Below, one piece after another: positions 8,230 through 17,701 of a stretch of 57,286 nt of DNA. Below the pieces are notes generated by a model that had not been told where the DNA came from, searched no databases, and saw only the letters and a program-made list of their open reading frames with translations. The position numbers were made by a program, and so were the translations under genes. Origin of the DNA: Patescibacteria group bacterium (GTDB lineage Bacteria > Patescibacteriota > Microgenomatia > UBA1406); the NCBI GenBank assembly GCA_041665145.1, contig JBAYJK010000004.1, positions 132,434 through 189,719 of the forward strand. Reading direction: 5' to 3'. Numbering within the stretch: position 1 is the stretch's first letter; each line of letters begins with the position of its first letter.

Positions 8230-8260
8230 TTGACTTTTGTTGATGATAGTGTGATATAAT
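8230..8260 (+). promoter_or_regulatory. promoter of the RRM gene (extended -10)
   Basis: TGaTATAAT at 8252-8260 with TTGACT at 8230-8235. Implies a leader of about 105 nt. SD AAGGAGATGA precedes the start. Confidence 0.55.
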
Positions 8261-8372
8261 AGTCGTTAGAGAAAAGGTTGACTGGTAATAGCGTTCGTTC
8301 AGACATACCCAGAGCACCTCAATAAACATGCGTTCAAAAGTATCAAACCCCAATGAAAGGAGATGAGTGTTA

Positions 8373-8654
8373 ATGGATCAAGGAAATAAATTATACGTCG
8401 GAAATCTACCATATTCAGTAGACCAAACCAAACTTCAAGCTTTATTTGAGGTTTTCGGTGAACTCACTGAAGTTGTTGTAATTTCAGATCGTTTTTCAGG
8501 AAAATCAAAAGGTTTCGGTTTCGTAACGTTTAAAAACGCAGCCGATGCTGAGAAAGCTTTGAAAGAAATGAATGAAAAAGAAGTCGATGGACGCAAACTC
8601 ATGGTGAGCGTCGCACGACCTAAAAAAGAGTTCAAAGAGAGGAAAAGCTTCTAA
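8373..8654 (+). CDS. RRM/RNP-1 RNA-binding protein (Rbp type)
   Basis: RNP2 KLYVGNLPY and RNP1 KGFGFVTF. Confidence 0.96.
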   Translation: MDQGNKLYVGNLPYSVDQTKLQALFEVFGELTEVVVISDRFSGKSKGFGFVTFKNAADAEKALKEMNEKEVDGRKLMVSVARPKKEFKERKSF

Positions 8655-8674
8655 TCTGAAATAAAGTGTTAATT

Positions 8675-8712
8675 ATTCGGTCCCGATGAAAATCGGGGCC
8701 GAATTTTTTTAT
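8675..8712 (+). terminator. intrinsic terminator after the RRM gene
   Basis: ATTCGGTCCCGAT-GAAA-ATCGGGGCCGAAT (13-bp stem, one G-U) followed by a T-run. Confidence 0.85.
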
Positions 8713-9461
8713 ACTACTTTTCTTGCACGGATTGCCATAAATAAGGGGATTTCGTTTCTGCTTCTGTTTTCCATTTTCGCCGCCCGTCCGACACTTTCTT
8801 TATCCGAACTCCATTCTTCCATTCTCTCGATCACAAATCCTGCCTTGAATAAATATGTACTGATGTCTTGCAACGGAACATGAAATGACCATGTTTGAAT
8901 CGAGCGACTTCGAGTTCCCGGGTTTATATCAATAGGAATCTGCATAGGGGACATATAGCGATTTATCCTGCGGTATTGTAATTTATTCTTTTCGTCAATA
9001 CCCCAACTCGACTGGCGGGGAATACGGAAGCAGGGATGGTTGAGTACCATAACAAGTATTCCTGAGCGGTCAAGATAGTGAGAAGCGGTGATAAGAGCCT
9101 TCTCCGGAAATTCTATGTTTTGGAGCGCGAGAACAATTGCTGCATGGCTGAAGTCGCGTTTTGAAATGGGAAGAACTTTGGTAATATCTCCGATGGCATA
9201 CCGGTGATTACTGTTCTTGTCCGATTCTTGCGCCTTTTTTATAAGAAACGATGCGGCATCGACACCCTGGTAAAACACATTCCTGGGAATTTTTCTCGCC
9301 AAAACCCCCTGACCGCACCCCAAATCCAGAAGCGAAGAGTTGTCCCGTAAGGCCAACAATTTCAGTGTATTCGGTAACACAACATGTTCGTGATAGTATT
9401 GCCCTTTATCACCGACCAGGTTGTTGTACCAGGGACCGGCCTGTTGCCATGAGGTTTTCAT
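8709..9461 (-). CDS. class I SAM-dependent methyltransferase
   Basis: LLDLGCGQG motif I, GVDAA, LALQNIE and LNHPCF motifs. Confidence 0.92.
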   Translation of the reverse strand: MKTSWQQAGPWYNNLVGDKGQYYHEHVVLPNTLKLLALRDNSSLLDLGCGQGVLARKIPRNVFYQGVDAASFLIKKAQESDKNSNHRYAIGDITKVLPISKRDFSHAAIVLALQNIEFPEKALITASHYLDRSGILVMVLNHPCFRIPRQSSWGIDEKNKLQYRRINRYMSPMQIPIDINPGTRSRSIQTWSFHVPLQDISTYLFKAGFVIERMEEWSSDKESVGRAAKMENRSRNEIPLFMAIRARKVV

Positions 9462-9532
9462 GGTTCTATTATCTCATACCCGCTTTGAAAAAACGAAGAA
9501 TACTCGCTATACTTAACGATAATCAATACGCT

Positions 9533-11029
9533 GTGGCCATACTAAAAAGATTTCACCTCATCATTCTCTTTTTGTTAATTGCCGGGATTTCTGTCTATTT
9601 TCATACGGTAAATCTGCATGCAGACCCTCCCATAGAAACGTTTCTTGAGGCGGGTGATGAAGGAACACATTCATATGCCGCTCGCCAGCTATATCTGAAG
9701 GGCGATTGGGCGACAGATGGTGTGTATTTTGGTGGCATGATGCCGGTATATCCATTATTGCAGGTAACCGGTGTTGTTATTTTCGGAGTTCACAATTATG
9801 CGTTTCGCTTTGTAAATGTCGTTTTCTCGCTTGCCACATCGGTAGTATTGTTCTGGTTTCTCAGTCGAGAAGTCGGGAAAAAGTCTGCCTTTATCGGTTT
9901 TGCTTCATTGGGGTTGAGCTTCTTCTTCACTTTGTATAGCAAAACAGGACTCCCGGAAGCGACAATGGTCTTTTTCTCTTTATGTTCATTTATTTCGTAC
10001 TACTATGCGCTCGTTGCAGAAAAAAAATACTTCCTTCACGGAGTCGTGACCGGATTGTTCCTTGTTCTTGCATTTTTCACCAAACAATCAAGCGCATCGC
10101 TTGTTGGAATGATAGGGTTGACCGGTTCCGTTTTCTATATCAGGGAGTACTTTAGAACCCGCGTTGTATATAACAAATATGCCAGAATCGCAGTGGGAAT
10201 AGCCGTTGTCTGGGTGGTATTTATCGGAATGTATGTAGTAACCTGTGTCCTGCCGGCATACGACAAATGGTTAAAGAACATACCGGGAACATGGGGCGGA
10301 AACCGTCCCCGACGAGCCCTTCTTCAACCACTGTACAGTCTGGAGCAATTGCGTTTTACGCTTTTTAACCCTCTGTGGTCGTATTTACATTTTGTTACTG
10401 TCGGAACATGTACATACCTTGGGATGATGTTTACCAGAATATACCGCTGGCAAAACCATAGAGGAATAACCCTTCTTGAAATGATTACTGTTGCGTGGTT
10501 GTTGATTTTTCTCGGCTATATGTTTGTAATACCACTTAAAGGAGCTCGCTTCTTTATTCTCATAATTATCCCCATGACTCTTTTGTACTCGTATCTTTTC
10601 AAGAAAGAGCATTTAAACTTTTTGCACAAAAGGTTTGGGTTTATTTTTGTATCTATGATGACACTGTTTGTCGTAATTGAGCTTATCGTGAATATCGGTT
10701 ACAACACGTGGTACTTTGTGTACCAACCCCAATTCCAGACATTCGATTCACTCAAAAAACTTGAACGTTATGTACCAAAAAATGAAAAATCAAATCTCCC
10801 GGTGCAGTGGATAATGAACGATACCTACGATAATATTAATTCGTTTCTTGTGCCTGTGGACGACAGAAAAATTGATGCGTACTATTCCCGTTACGGATGG
10901 CCGCACTATATGGTAATTATTAATCGCCAAATTGAGATGTACAAAAAAAATGCCCCAAAATTTTACAAAAGACTTGTGTTCGTGACGGTGGTTAACGGGT
11001 ATACTGTGTACAGTATAAAACAACCATGA
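9533..11029 (+). CDS. GT-C glycosyltransferase (ArnT/PMT, family 39-like)
   Basis: GDEGTH acidic loop after TM1, PVYPLL, FAFRFVNVV and about 12 TM. The ORF-track start (9251) overlaps the opposite gene, so GTG 9533 is more likely. Confidence 0.8.
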   Translation: MAILKRFHLIILFLLIAGISVYFHTVNLHADPPIETFLEAGDEGTHSYAARQLYLKGDWATDGVYFGGMMPVYPLLQVTGVVIFGVHNYAFRFVNVVFSLATSVVLFWFLSREVGKKSAFIGFASLGLSFFFTLYSKTGLPEATMVFFSLCSFISYYYALVAEKKYFLHGVVTGLFLVLAFFTKQSSASLVGMIGLTGSVFYIREYFRTRVVYNKYARIAVGIAVVWVVFIGMYVVTCVLPAYDKWLKNIPGTWGGNRPRRALLQPLYSLEQLRFTLFNPLWSYLHFVTVGTCTYLGMMFTRIYRWQNHRGITLLEMITVAWLLIFLGYMFVIPLKGARFFILIIIPMTLLYSYLFKKEHLNFLHKRFGFIFVSMMTLFVVIELIVNIGYNTWYFVYQPQFQTFDSLKKLERYVPKNEKSNLPVQWIMNDTYDNINSFLVPVDDRKIDAYYSRYGWPHYMVIINRQIEMYKKNAPKFYKRLVFVTVVNGYTVYSIKQP

Positions 11030-12039
11030 GAAAAACATACGGCGTCGGCGTGTTTGTGTTTATTGTCCTTGGAATGTTTTATATGGCATATAATGTATTC
11101 GTTCCACAAAAGTTCCTTTCGCCGATAGGTACGGTCCGGGATAAACCTCTGACTAAATATACGTTCAGTGCTTTGAAAAAACGGCAGTATCTCGGAAGTG
11201 AAATCACGATTGAAAAACAGGTCAAATCAACAGATACTTTCATATCATACATATTTACATTTAAATCCGATGGGAAAAAGGTCAGCGGACTTATAAATCT
11301 GCCGATCATCGCAAAACAGGTTCCGATAATCATTCTGATTCGGGGTTTTGTTGATAAGCAGATTTACTCCCCGGGGGTTGGAACCGAACGTGTCGGAGAA
11401 GCACTTGCTTCAAACGGATATATCACACTCGCCCCTGATTACTTAGGTTTCGGGACCTCAGAGAACCCTTCACATAACTCTATCGAGGAGCGATTTCAGA
11501 CCTATACAACAACCCTCAATTTGCTTGCCTCACTTAACAGGTTGAATGATGCACTCAAACCGCTTGAGAAATCACCACAGGCTGATATTGTGAAAGTAGG
11601 CATATGGGGACACAGTAACGGTGGCCACATAGCCCTATCAACACTTGCGTTGTCGGGGAAAGATATTCCTTCTGTCTTATGGGCTCCCGTATCGAAACCG
11701 TTCCCTTTTTCCATACTGTATTTCACCGACGATATTCCCGACCACGGAAAAGCTTTGCGAAAGGCCGTTGCATCTTTTGAGAAAGACTACGATATTGAAG
11801 AATATTCGCCGACAAACTTCTTTTTCTGGATTCATGCCCCGATACAAATTCACCAAGGAACACAAGATGACGCGGTTCCACTCAGCTGGTCGGACAATCT
11901 GTATCTTGAACTCAAAAAACTTGGACTCTCCGTTGATTATTTTACATACACAGGCGCCGATCATAACCTCATGCCGGATGGGTGGGCAAGCGCTGTTAAT
12001 CGTATGCTGGTGTTTTTTCAAGAGGAGTTGAATCAATGA
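11026..12039 (+). CDS. membrane-anchored alpha/beta hydrolase (S9/dienelactone-hydrolase-like)
   Basis: GHSNGG nucleophile elbow, HQGTQDDAVP (Asp) and ADHNL (His), with an N-terminal TM. Confidence 0.9.
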   Translation: MRKTYGVGVFVFIVLGMFYMAYNVFVPQKFLSPIGTVRDKPLTKYTFSALKKRQYLGSEITIEKQVKSTDTFISYIFTFKSDGKKVSGLINLPIIAKQVPIIILIRGFVDKQIYSPGVGTERVGEALASNGYITLAPDYLGFGTSENPSHNSIEERFQTYTTTLNLLASLNRLNDALKPLEKSPQADIVKVGIWGHSNGGHIALSTLALSGKDIPSVLWAPVSKPFPFSILYFTDDIPDHGKALRKAVASFEKDYDIEEYSPTNFFFWIHAPIQIHQGTQDDAVPLSWSDNLYLELKKLGLSVDYFTYTGADHNLMPDGWASAVNRMLVFFQEELNQ

Positions 12040-13331
12040 AAAAGTACGTACTGTTATTCTTAATTTGCCTGGTTATATACGGTGCTCATTTCATCCACGC
12101 CGGGCACGGAATCTATGGAGATGGCAACGGGTACTGGAGTTATACTCACTCGCTGTACTTTCAACACAACCTCGACCTGAAACCTATTTATGCCCATCTA
12201 AAAAATTTCACCATCAATGAACGGCCTGTTCCCCGACTATTTTGGGGTGTGCAGCCGACAAAAACCGGAGCGCTTCCGAATCACTGGCTTATCGGGACAA
12301 GTCTTTTGTGGTTACCTGGCATGGTTGTGTTGGGAATATTAACGCACATGATGAGTATTACATTTTCTCCCTACCACTTGTTATGGGAGATTGTTCCCGG
12401 GATCAGCGGTGTTTTGATGGGTGTTGTCGGATTATATTTTATTGAGAAAACCATTTCGCGTCTTTGGAATAACGGTGTAGCCGTGAAAGTTGCCTTTATA
12501 TTATTTGCAACTTCCAACCTGATTTACTATGTTGCCATTGAGCCTGCGCTTTCTCACAGCGCTATTTTTTGTATCAATTCTGTTTTCGTTTATACGTGGG
12601 TCAGACTGAACCCGAAATACCGCAGAACATGGCTTATCTGGGGTTTGTTGGTGGGATTGAGTGCAATCATCCGAATAACCGGTATTCTTATTGCAGTTTT
12701 GCCCCTCTATACGTTTCTGAGGCAGGTGGCCGCACCGGAGAAACATACACGAAGGCATGTGGCGCTTTTTTTCTTGTATATACTCGGTATTTTCATTTCA
12801 CTTACTCCACAGCTTATCGTACAACAGGTAATTTACGGGTCCGTTTTTTCCCAACCATACGCCCGATTTTATGTTACGCAACAGGGAGTCTCTGCTTGGT
12901 GGCTGCCACAGGCGTTGTTCTCGGCTGAGCGTGGGTTATTTGTATGGAATCCTGTTTACCTTATTGCCTTGTGGGGACTGATAAGATGGTCAAAGACAAA
13001 CGTTTGGGGGCGTTTATCCCTGACATATCTACTATTACTGCTTGTGGCTGTCGGTTTTTGGGGAGGGGTTCTTTCAGCCGGGTTCGGCAACCGGTTTTTC
13101 ATTGAGGCTTTACCTATCTTTGCACTTGGTTTGGCACATACAATCAGCCGCATCAGTACTAAGAACTTGTACTTACTGTACGGTAGTTTGTTCATCTGGA
13201 ATATGCTGCTTATCATTCAATTTTTCGGAGACAGACCGCGACTTGTAGATCAAAAAGGGTTGACATATGCAAACCTAATCAGCGGTCAATTCAGTGTTCC
13301 TTTGCAAATAATTCTCAAGAGATTACAATGA
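12036..13331 (+). CDS. GT-C-fold membrane glycosyltransferase
   Basis: GDGNGYWSYTHSL first loop, LFSAERGLFVWNP and GFGNRFF motifs, multi-TM. Confidence 0.7.
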   Translation: MKKYVLLFLICLVIYGAHFIHAGHGIYGDGNGYWSYTHSLYFQHNLDLKPIYAHLKNFTINERPVPRLFWGVQPTKTGALPNHWLIGTSLLWLPGMVVLGILTHMMSITFSPYHLLWEIVPGISGVLMGVVGLYFIEKTISRLWNNGVAVKVAFILFATSNLIYYVAIEPALSHSAIFCINSVFVYTWVRLNPKYRRTWLIWGLLVGLSAIIRITGILIAVLPLYTFLRQVAAPEKHTRRHVALFFLYILGIFISLTPQLIVQQVIYGSVFSQPYARFYVTQQGVSAWWLPQALFSAERGLFVWNPVYLIALWGLIRWSKTNVWGRLSLTYLLLLLVAVGFWGGVLSAGFGNRFFIEALPIFALGLAHTISRISTKNLYLLYGSLFIWNMLLIIQFFGDRPRLVDQKGLTYANLISGQFSVPLQIILKRLQ

Positions 13332-13356
13332 TTGTATTAGCAGTTGCTTACTAATT

Positions 13357-14649
13357 ATGAAACGAAAAACAAGACAACATGTTACTAAACACTCAAAAAG
13401 CCTGTTTGATTCAGCGAGGGCAGCGTTCATTCTTACCGCTATAATCGGAATCTTCTTGTTTCTCGGATACGTGGTAAGGAACCAAAGTGCATCGGCACTT
13501 GATGCTGCAGCCGATGTGACAGTCAGCGCTGCTATCAGTCCGAACACGAACTCTGGAAGTTGGCCTGTGTGGTCAAGTAATGCGATTAAGGCAATACAGT
13601 CCGGGGCGACAACAATGGGGGACTCGAGTTTGCCGTCGTATTACAAAGAGATCTTGCCAACCGATATTGTCACATCTTCCATGGTAATCTCTTCGCCGTT
13701 TAATTCTTGGCTTGGCAAATCTGATCCCGCTACTGTTTTTGGGGGCTCTTTTTCATATGAGAAGGGGAATACGCTGCGCTTCGTATATATGCTCAAAGCG
13801 AAACCGGGAACTAAAATAGATGTTGCGAATGGCGTTGTGTTCTCGATATTACCCAACAGCTGGAAACCAAACGGTCTCGGACCTTTTACCTATCACGAAT
13901 ATGTTAGTACGCTTCCGCAACCGAATGTCCTTGTTGGAGTAGATTATGGCGCCGATGGAGAATATGGTGGCGGCGATGATACACTATTTACTTCGGGCAC
14001 CGGACCGGTTGACGCTATCATCGGAACATTCACTACTTCAGCAGAACTCAGTACGGCAGCATCTACTACACCCCAGAATCCGAATGAGCAGGAAGCATTG
14101 GACAGGGCAATTAATGAGACAGAGACTGTTGGGTATGTCAGCAACATCTTTCAGATTGCTTACAGCTCGGATCCTGCGGTTCAGGTAAGTGGGAACATCG
14201 GTGTAGAACCGACCCCCACACCCACAACCATACCGACACCGACTGATGTTGTTTTACCTACCGTAACTATTTTGCCAACACCTGTTGTCTTACCGGTGAA
14301 AATTGACATACGTCCGAGTAGTTATAAAAATATCATCAACCTGAAGAGTCGCGGACTGCTTGGAGTTGCGATTCTATCGTCATCAACCCTCAATCCCAAA
14401 AATGTCGATTCGGACACGGTTCTCTTTGCTGGAGCTCCCCCTGTCCGGGTAAATATGAGGGACGTCAATAGGGATAGGGTGAAGGATATGGTTATGTATT
14501 TCAAAATCCGTCAATTACAACTTGATAATTCATCGACATCAGGGATGCTTGTTGGCAAACTGAAAAATGGAACTGCCATTTCAGGAACAGATTCGGTCAC
14601 TATTGTTCCCAAAATACACGAGGTTGATGAGGAGGATTTAGAAGACTGA
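13357..14649 (+). CDS. membrane-anchored surface protein with Pro/Thr linker and C-terminal DxNxDxxxD-containing domain
   Basis: N-terminal TM, PTPTPTTIPTPT linker, C-terminal IDIRPSS...DVNRDRVKDMVMYF domain. Confidence 0.8.
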   Translation: MKRKTRQHVTKHSKSLFDSARAAFILTAIIGIFLFLGYVVRNQSASALDAAADVTVSAAISPNTNSGSWPVWSSNAIKAIQSGATTMGDSSLPSYYKEILPTDIVTSSMVISSPFNSWLGKSDPATVFGGSFSYEKGNTLRFVYMLKAKPGTKIDVANGVVFSILPNSWKPNGLGPFTYHEYVSTLPQPNVLVGVDYGADGEYGGGDDTLFTSGTGPVDAIIGTFTTSAELSTAASTTPQNPNEQEALDRAINETETVGYVSNIFQIAYSSDPAVQVSGNIGVEPTPTPTTIPTPTDVVLPTVTILPTPVVLPVKIDIRPSSYKNIINLKSRGLLGVAILSSSTLNPKNVDSDTVLFAGAPPVRVNMRDVNRDRVKDMVMYFKIRQLQLDNSSTSGMLVGKLKNGTAISGTDSVTIVPKIHEVDEEDLED

Positions 14650-14651
14650 GC

Positions 14652-15182
14652 CTATTCCCGACAACAGTCAAGTACTTTGCCAACAACTGAGGAAACCTTG
14701 GCAAAAAGAGTGTTTTTACCGAAGTCGAGTGGTTGCTCTTTCTTTTCAGTCTCGGCATTTCTCAAACCTTTTGTGTCGGTAAGACCCAGAATGATACCCC
14801 AGAACAGATTGTATACTTGGTACGACTTATTAAATAGGTCGTGCGCTTTGGCAGCGTCACCTTTTTTAAGGGCTTTTGTTCCAACCTCCATAATTCTCAT
14901 CGAAGCTGCCAAAAAGTGTTTACTAATACACCACTCTTCACCCTTGGTGTCCTTTACCAAACCTTTCATAAGCTCTGTGCGCATTTTTCGCACCTCATTT
15001 AACATACCATAATATTTGCCGTTACCTGTCTTACCGCCGGAAAAGAACAGATGCTCTTCTATTGAAATCAGGTTCATGACGGCTATTGACAAATCCTCTC
15101 CCGATGATAAATCAAGCTTCTCGCTTTTTTCCATTTTCTTAACTTTTTCAATGAGCGCGGCAACTTGTTTTGAATCCACCAT
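14652..15182 (-). CDS. conserved hypothetical helical protein with WCISKH motif and C-terminal CCRE
   Basis: EDLSIAVMNLISIEEH and WCISKHFLAASMR. Lies 2 nt from the upstream gene. Confidence 0.8.
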   Translation of the reverse strand: MVDSKQVAALIEKVKKMEKSEKLDLSSGEDLSIAVMNLISIEEHLFFSGGKTGNGKYYGMLNEVRKMRTELMKGLVKDTKGEEWCISKHFLAASMRIMEVGTKALKKGDAAKAHDLFNKSYQVYNLFWGIILGLTDTKGLRNAETEKKEQPLDFGKNTLFAKVSSVVGKVLDCCRE

Positions 15183-15184
15183 GG

Positions 15185-15652
15185 TTACGGTTTAATTGGT
15201 AATAAAAATTTGAACAACAGTGTGGTAAGAACGAGCATCGCCAAGGGGACAACTACTTTCTGATAGGGAAAATACACTTTGTTGTTGTGTGATTTGCGCA
15301 ACAGCTGGTCAACGCCGATTGCAGAAAGCGAAACTACAAGTCCGAGCAACATGCCAAGCAGCACTTTATCGATACCCAGAAACATGTTTTGAGGATGTCC
15401 TATCTGCTTTGAAAAATACAGATAGGTAATCGAAGTTAAAAAAAAGCCGAGCGTCCAAAGCAAAGGGTTCCTCAAAAATCGATTTTTCATGGAGCGGGCT
15501 ATCCAAAAGGAGAGAGCAGTGTTGAGTCCGGATATCCAAATCGACACCAAAAGATCATCTATTCCCAGTTTTTTTGCAATCAACAACCCGCCGCCAACAG
15601 TAACAATACAAACTGGACACTGCGCATATGCTTCGGGAACCAGAAAAGACAT
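15185..15652 (-). CDS. membrane protein with N-terminal CxxC (AQCPVC)
   Basis: About 4 TM, with GIDD and FPYQK motifs. TATAAT lies 7 nt before the ATG. Confidence 0.8.
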   Translation of the reverse strand: MSFLVPEAYAQCPVCIVTVGGGLLIAKKLGIDDLLVSIWISGLNTALSFWIARSMKNRFLRNPLLWTLGFFLTSITYLYFSKQIGHPQNMFLGIDKVLLGMLLGLVVSLSAIGVDQLLRKSHNNKVYFPYQKVVVPLAMLVLTTLLFKFLLPIKP

Positions 15653-15667
15653 GTTCTTTATTATATG

Positions 15668-16483
15668 CTATATGTGAACTAATTGCAGCCTGTCTGTTTT
15701 CCGAAACTCCGACCCCAAAAAAAACTTCGTCAGCTTTTCATATCGGACATTGAGATCGGTAGCGTAATAGCTCCGTCGGCCGGTCTTACTAAGTTTCGTT
15801 GCGATCTCCACATGCAATTGCAGATATTCCTTCAGTTTTTGTGCAACCACTGACCCTTCAGAGATGAGTGAAACATGTGGTCCGATAATTTTCTGAATGA
15901 TTTTCTCTATAAGTCCGTAATGGGTACAACCCAATACTAACGAGTCGATTTTCTTTTTTGAAAAGGGGCGCAAATACTTCTCAAGTATGAGACATAACCC
16001 TTCCCACTCCAGTTCTCCTTCTTCAATAATCGGCACCAGCAATGGGCATGCCTGTTGGTATACATGTGCCTTAGGAAGTACTTTGTGGATTTCACGGACA
16101 AAACTTTTTGATTCAATCGTCGTGTAAGTACCAATGACCCCGACCTTTTTTGCATTACCGGCTTTTATTGCCTCAACTGCGGGCAAAATCACTCCCAGCA
16201 CTTTGCAGGTCGGATGATGCCGTGGAACATATTCCTGCTGCAATTTTTTAAGTGCGGCAGCTGTCGCAGTATTACAGGCGAGAATAATAAGAGAGCACTG
16301 TTTGCTGGCTAAAAAATCGACCGCTTTTGCAGTAAACTCATAGATAATTTCAGGGGAGCGACCTCCGTAGGGAACCCGTGCGTTGTCACCGAGATATACA
16401 TAGTTGTATTCGGGAAGTTTTATTAAAATCTCTTTCAAGATTGCGAGACCTCCCAGACTAGAATCAAAAACTCCTATATTCAT
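15668..16483 (-). CDS. murI: glutamate racemase
   Basis: IGVFDSSLGGL, YLGDNARVPYG, ACNTAT and LGCTHY. Start moved to ATG 16483. Confidence 0.96.
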   Translation of the reverse strand: MNIGVFDSSLGGLAILKEILIKLPEYNYVYLGDNARVPYGGRSPEIIYEFTAKAVDFLASKQCSLIILACNTATAAALKKLQQEYVPRHHPTCKVLGVILPAVEAIKAGNAKKVGVIGTYTTIESKSFVREIHKVLPKAHVYQQACPLLVPIIEEGELEWEGLCLILEKYLRPFSKKKIDSLVLGCTHYGLIEKIIQKIIGPHVSLISEGSVVAQKLKEYLQLHVEIATKLSKTGRRSYYATDLNVRYEKLTKFFLGSEFRKTDRLQLVHI

Positions 16484-16528
16484 AAGGAAGATAATTGTAG
16501 CACACCACGTCCGTGATACAATTATCAC

Positions 16529-17668
16529 ATGGGGAAAACGCTGTTGTTTTTGCTGAGCTTGGTTGTTGCAAGCTTTATTGTTCATTCCTTCATTATTACA
16601 GTAGCATCTCAAGTTATTCCGTTTGCAGGAACATTCGCATACCCTGAATTACTTCAAAACTACGGCGTACCTCAGGTGTTGTATTCGAGAGCAAACTTTG
16701 ATGGGGTTCACTACTTGCTGATTGCCCAACACGGATACATGCAGTATCAACAGGCATTTTTCCCGCTTTACCCGTTAGGTATCCGTCTGGTAACACACGC
16801 GATGAATGGTAACTATTTTATTTCAGGGTTATTCATCTCGATCACATGCTTTGTTGCTGCTTTATGGTTACTATTCAAACTTGTTAAAGAGACTTTGCCA
16901 AAATGTAACCCCTTCCTTTTTATAGTTTTTCTCATGGCCTTTCCAACATCTTTTTTCTTCATGTCTGTCTATACCGAGGGGTTATTCTTGTTCTTGTTGA
17001 CATTGGTTCTTTTCTTCTTATCACAACGGAAACTAATTTCTGCCGCATTCGTAGCTGGAGTTGCTTCGGGGACTCGGCTCGTCGGGGTCTTTGCTGTTGT
17101 TCCTATCCTGGTTACCGCCTACTTTCTCAACCCTGCACGGAAGATCTCGTGGTTGATGATTCTCGCATCAATGATTCCGTTTATCGGAGTAGCTATCTAT
17201 ATGCTATATCTTGCTCAAACAACAGGCGACCCATTGTTTTTTCTTAATGCGCAACCCGCATTCGGGGCGATGCGTTCAAATCATGTAGTTTTATTACCTC
17301 AAGTTTACTTTCGGTATCTGAAGATTTTTTTTACCGCTGCGTTTGATTACCATTACTATATTGCGGTTGTCGAGTTTGCGATTTTCAATATTATGCTTGT
17401 TTTCTCTTTCTCCGAACTTATCAAACAGTTCGGTAGAAAGAACCTCTTGTGGGTCGGTATAGGAATATTTTCGGTCGCAAATCTGATCTTGCCGACCCTG
17501 ACGGGAACTTTTTCTTCTGTACCTCGATATAGTTTGATGTCGTTGTCTGCTTTTGCATACATGGCGGGAATTGAGAACAAAACCGTCCGGTCAATCATAC
17601 TCATATCTCTTGCACTGCTCCAGGCTGTGTTTCTTGCTTTTTTTACTCAAGGATATTTTGTTAGTTGA
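16529..17668 (+). CDS. PIG-V-like GT-C mannosyltransferase
   Basis: NFDGVHYLLIAQHGY...AFFPLYP, VYTEGLFL and SVPRY motifs. Confidence 0.85.
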   Translation: MGKTLLFLLSLVVASFIVHSFIITVASQVIPFAGTFAYPELLQNYGVPQVLYSRANFDGVHYLLIAQHGYMQYQQAFFPLYPLGIRLVTHAMNGNYFISGLFISITCFVAALWLLFKLVKETLPKCNPFLFIVFLMAFPTSFFFMSVYTEGLFLFLLTLVLFFLSQRKLISAAFVAGVASGTRLVGVFAVVPILVTAYFLNPARKISWLMILASMIPFIGVAIYMLYLAQTTGDPLFFLNAQPAFGAMRSNHVVLLPQVYFRYLKIFFTAAFDYHYYIAVVEFAIFNIMLVFSFSELIKQFGRKNLLWVGIGIFSVANLILPTLTGTFSSVPRYSLMSLSAFAYMAGIENKTVRSIILISLALLQAVFLAFFTQGYFVS

Positions 17669-17701
17669 TTTAAACAAATCCCATGTGCTACAGTACTTGT
17701 T

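Noticed and set aside
16513-16528. GTGAT-ACAATT-ATCAC palindrome
   Set aside because: GTGA-N8-TCAC spacing does not fit CRP, and it is explained by an extended -10 (TGaTACAAT) before the ATG.
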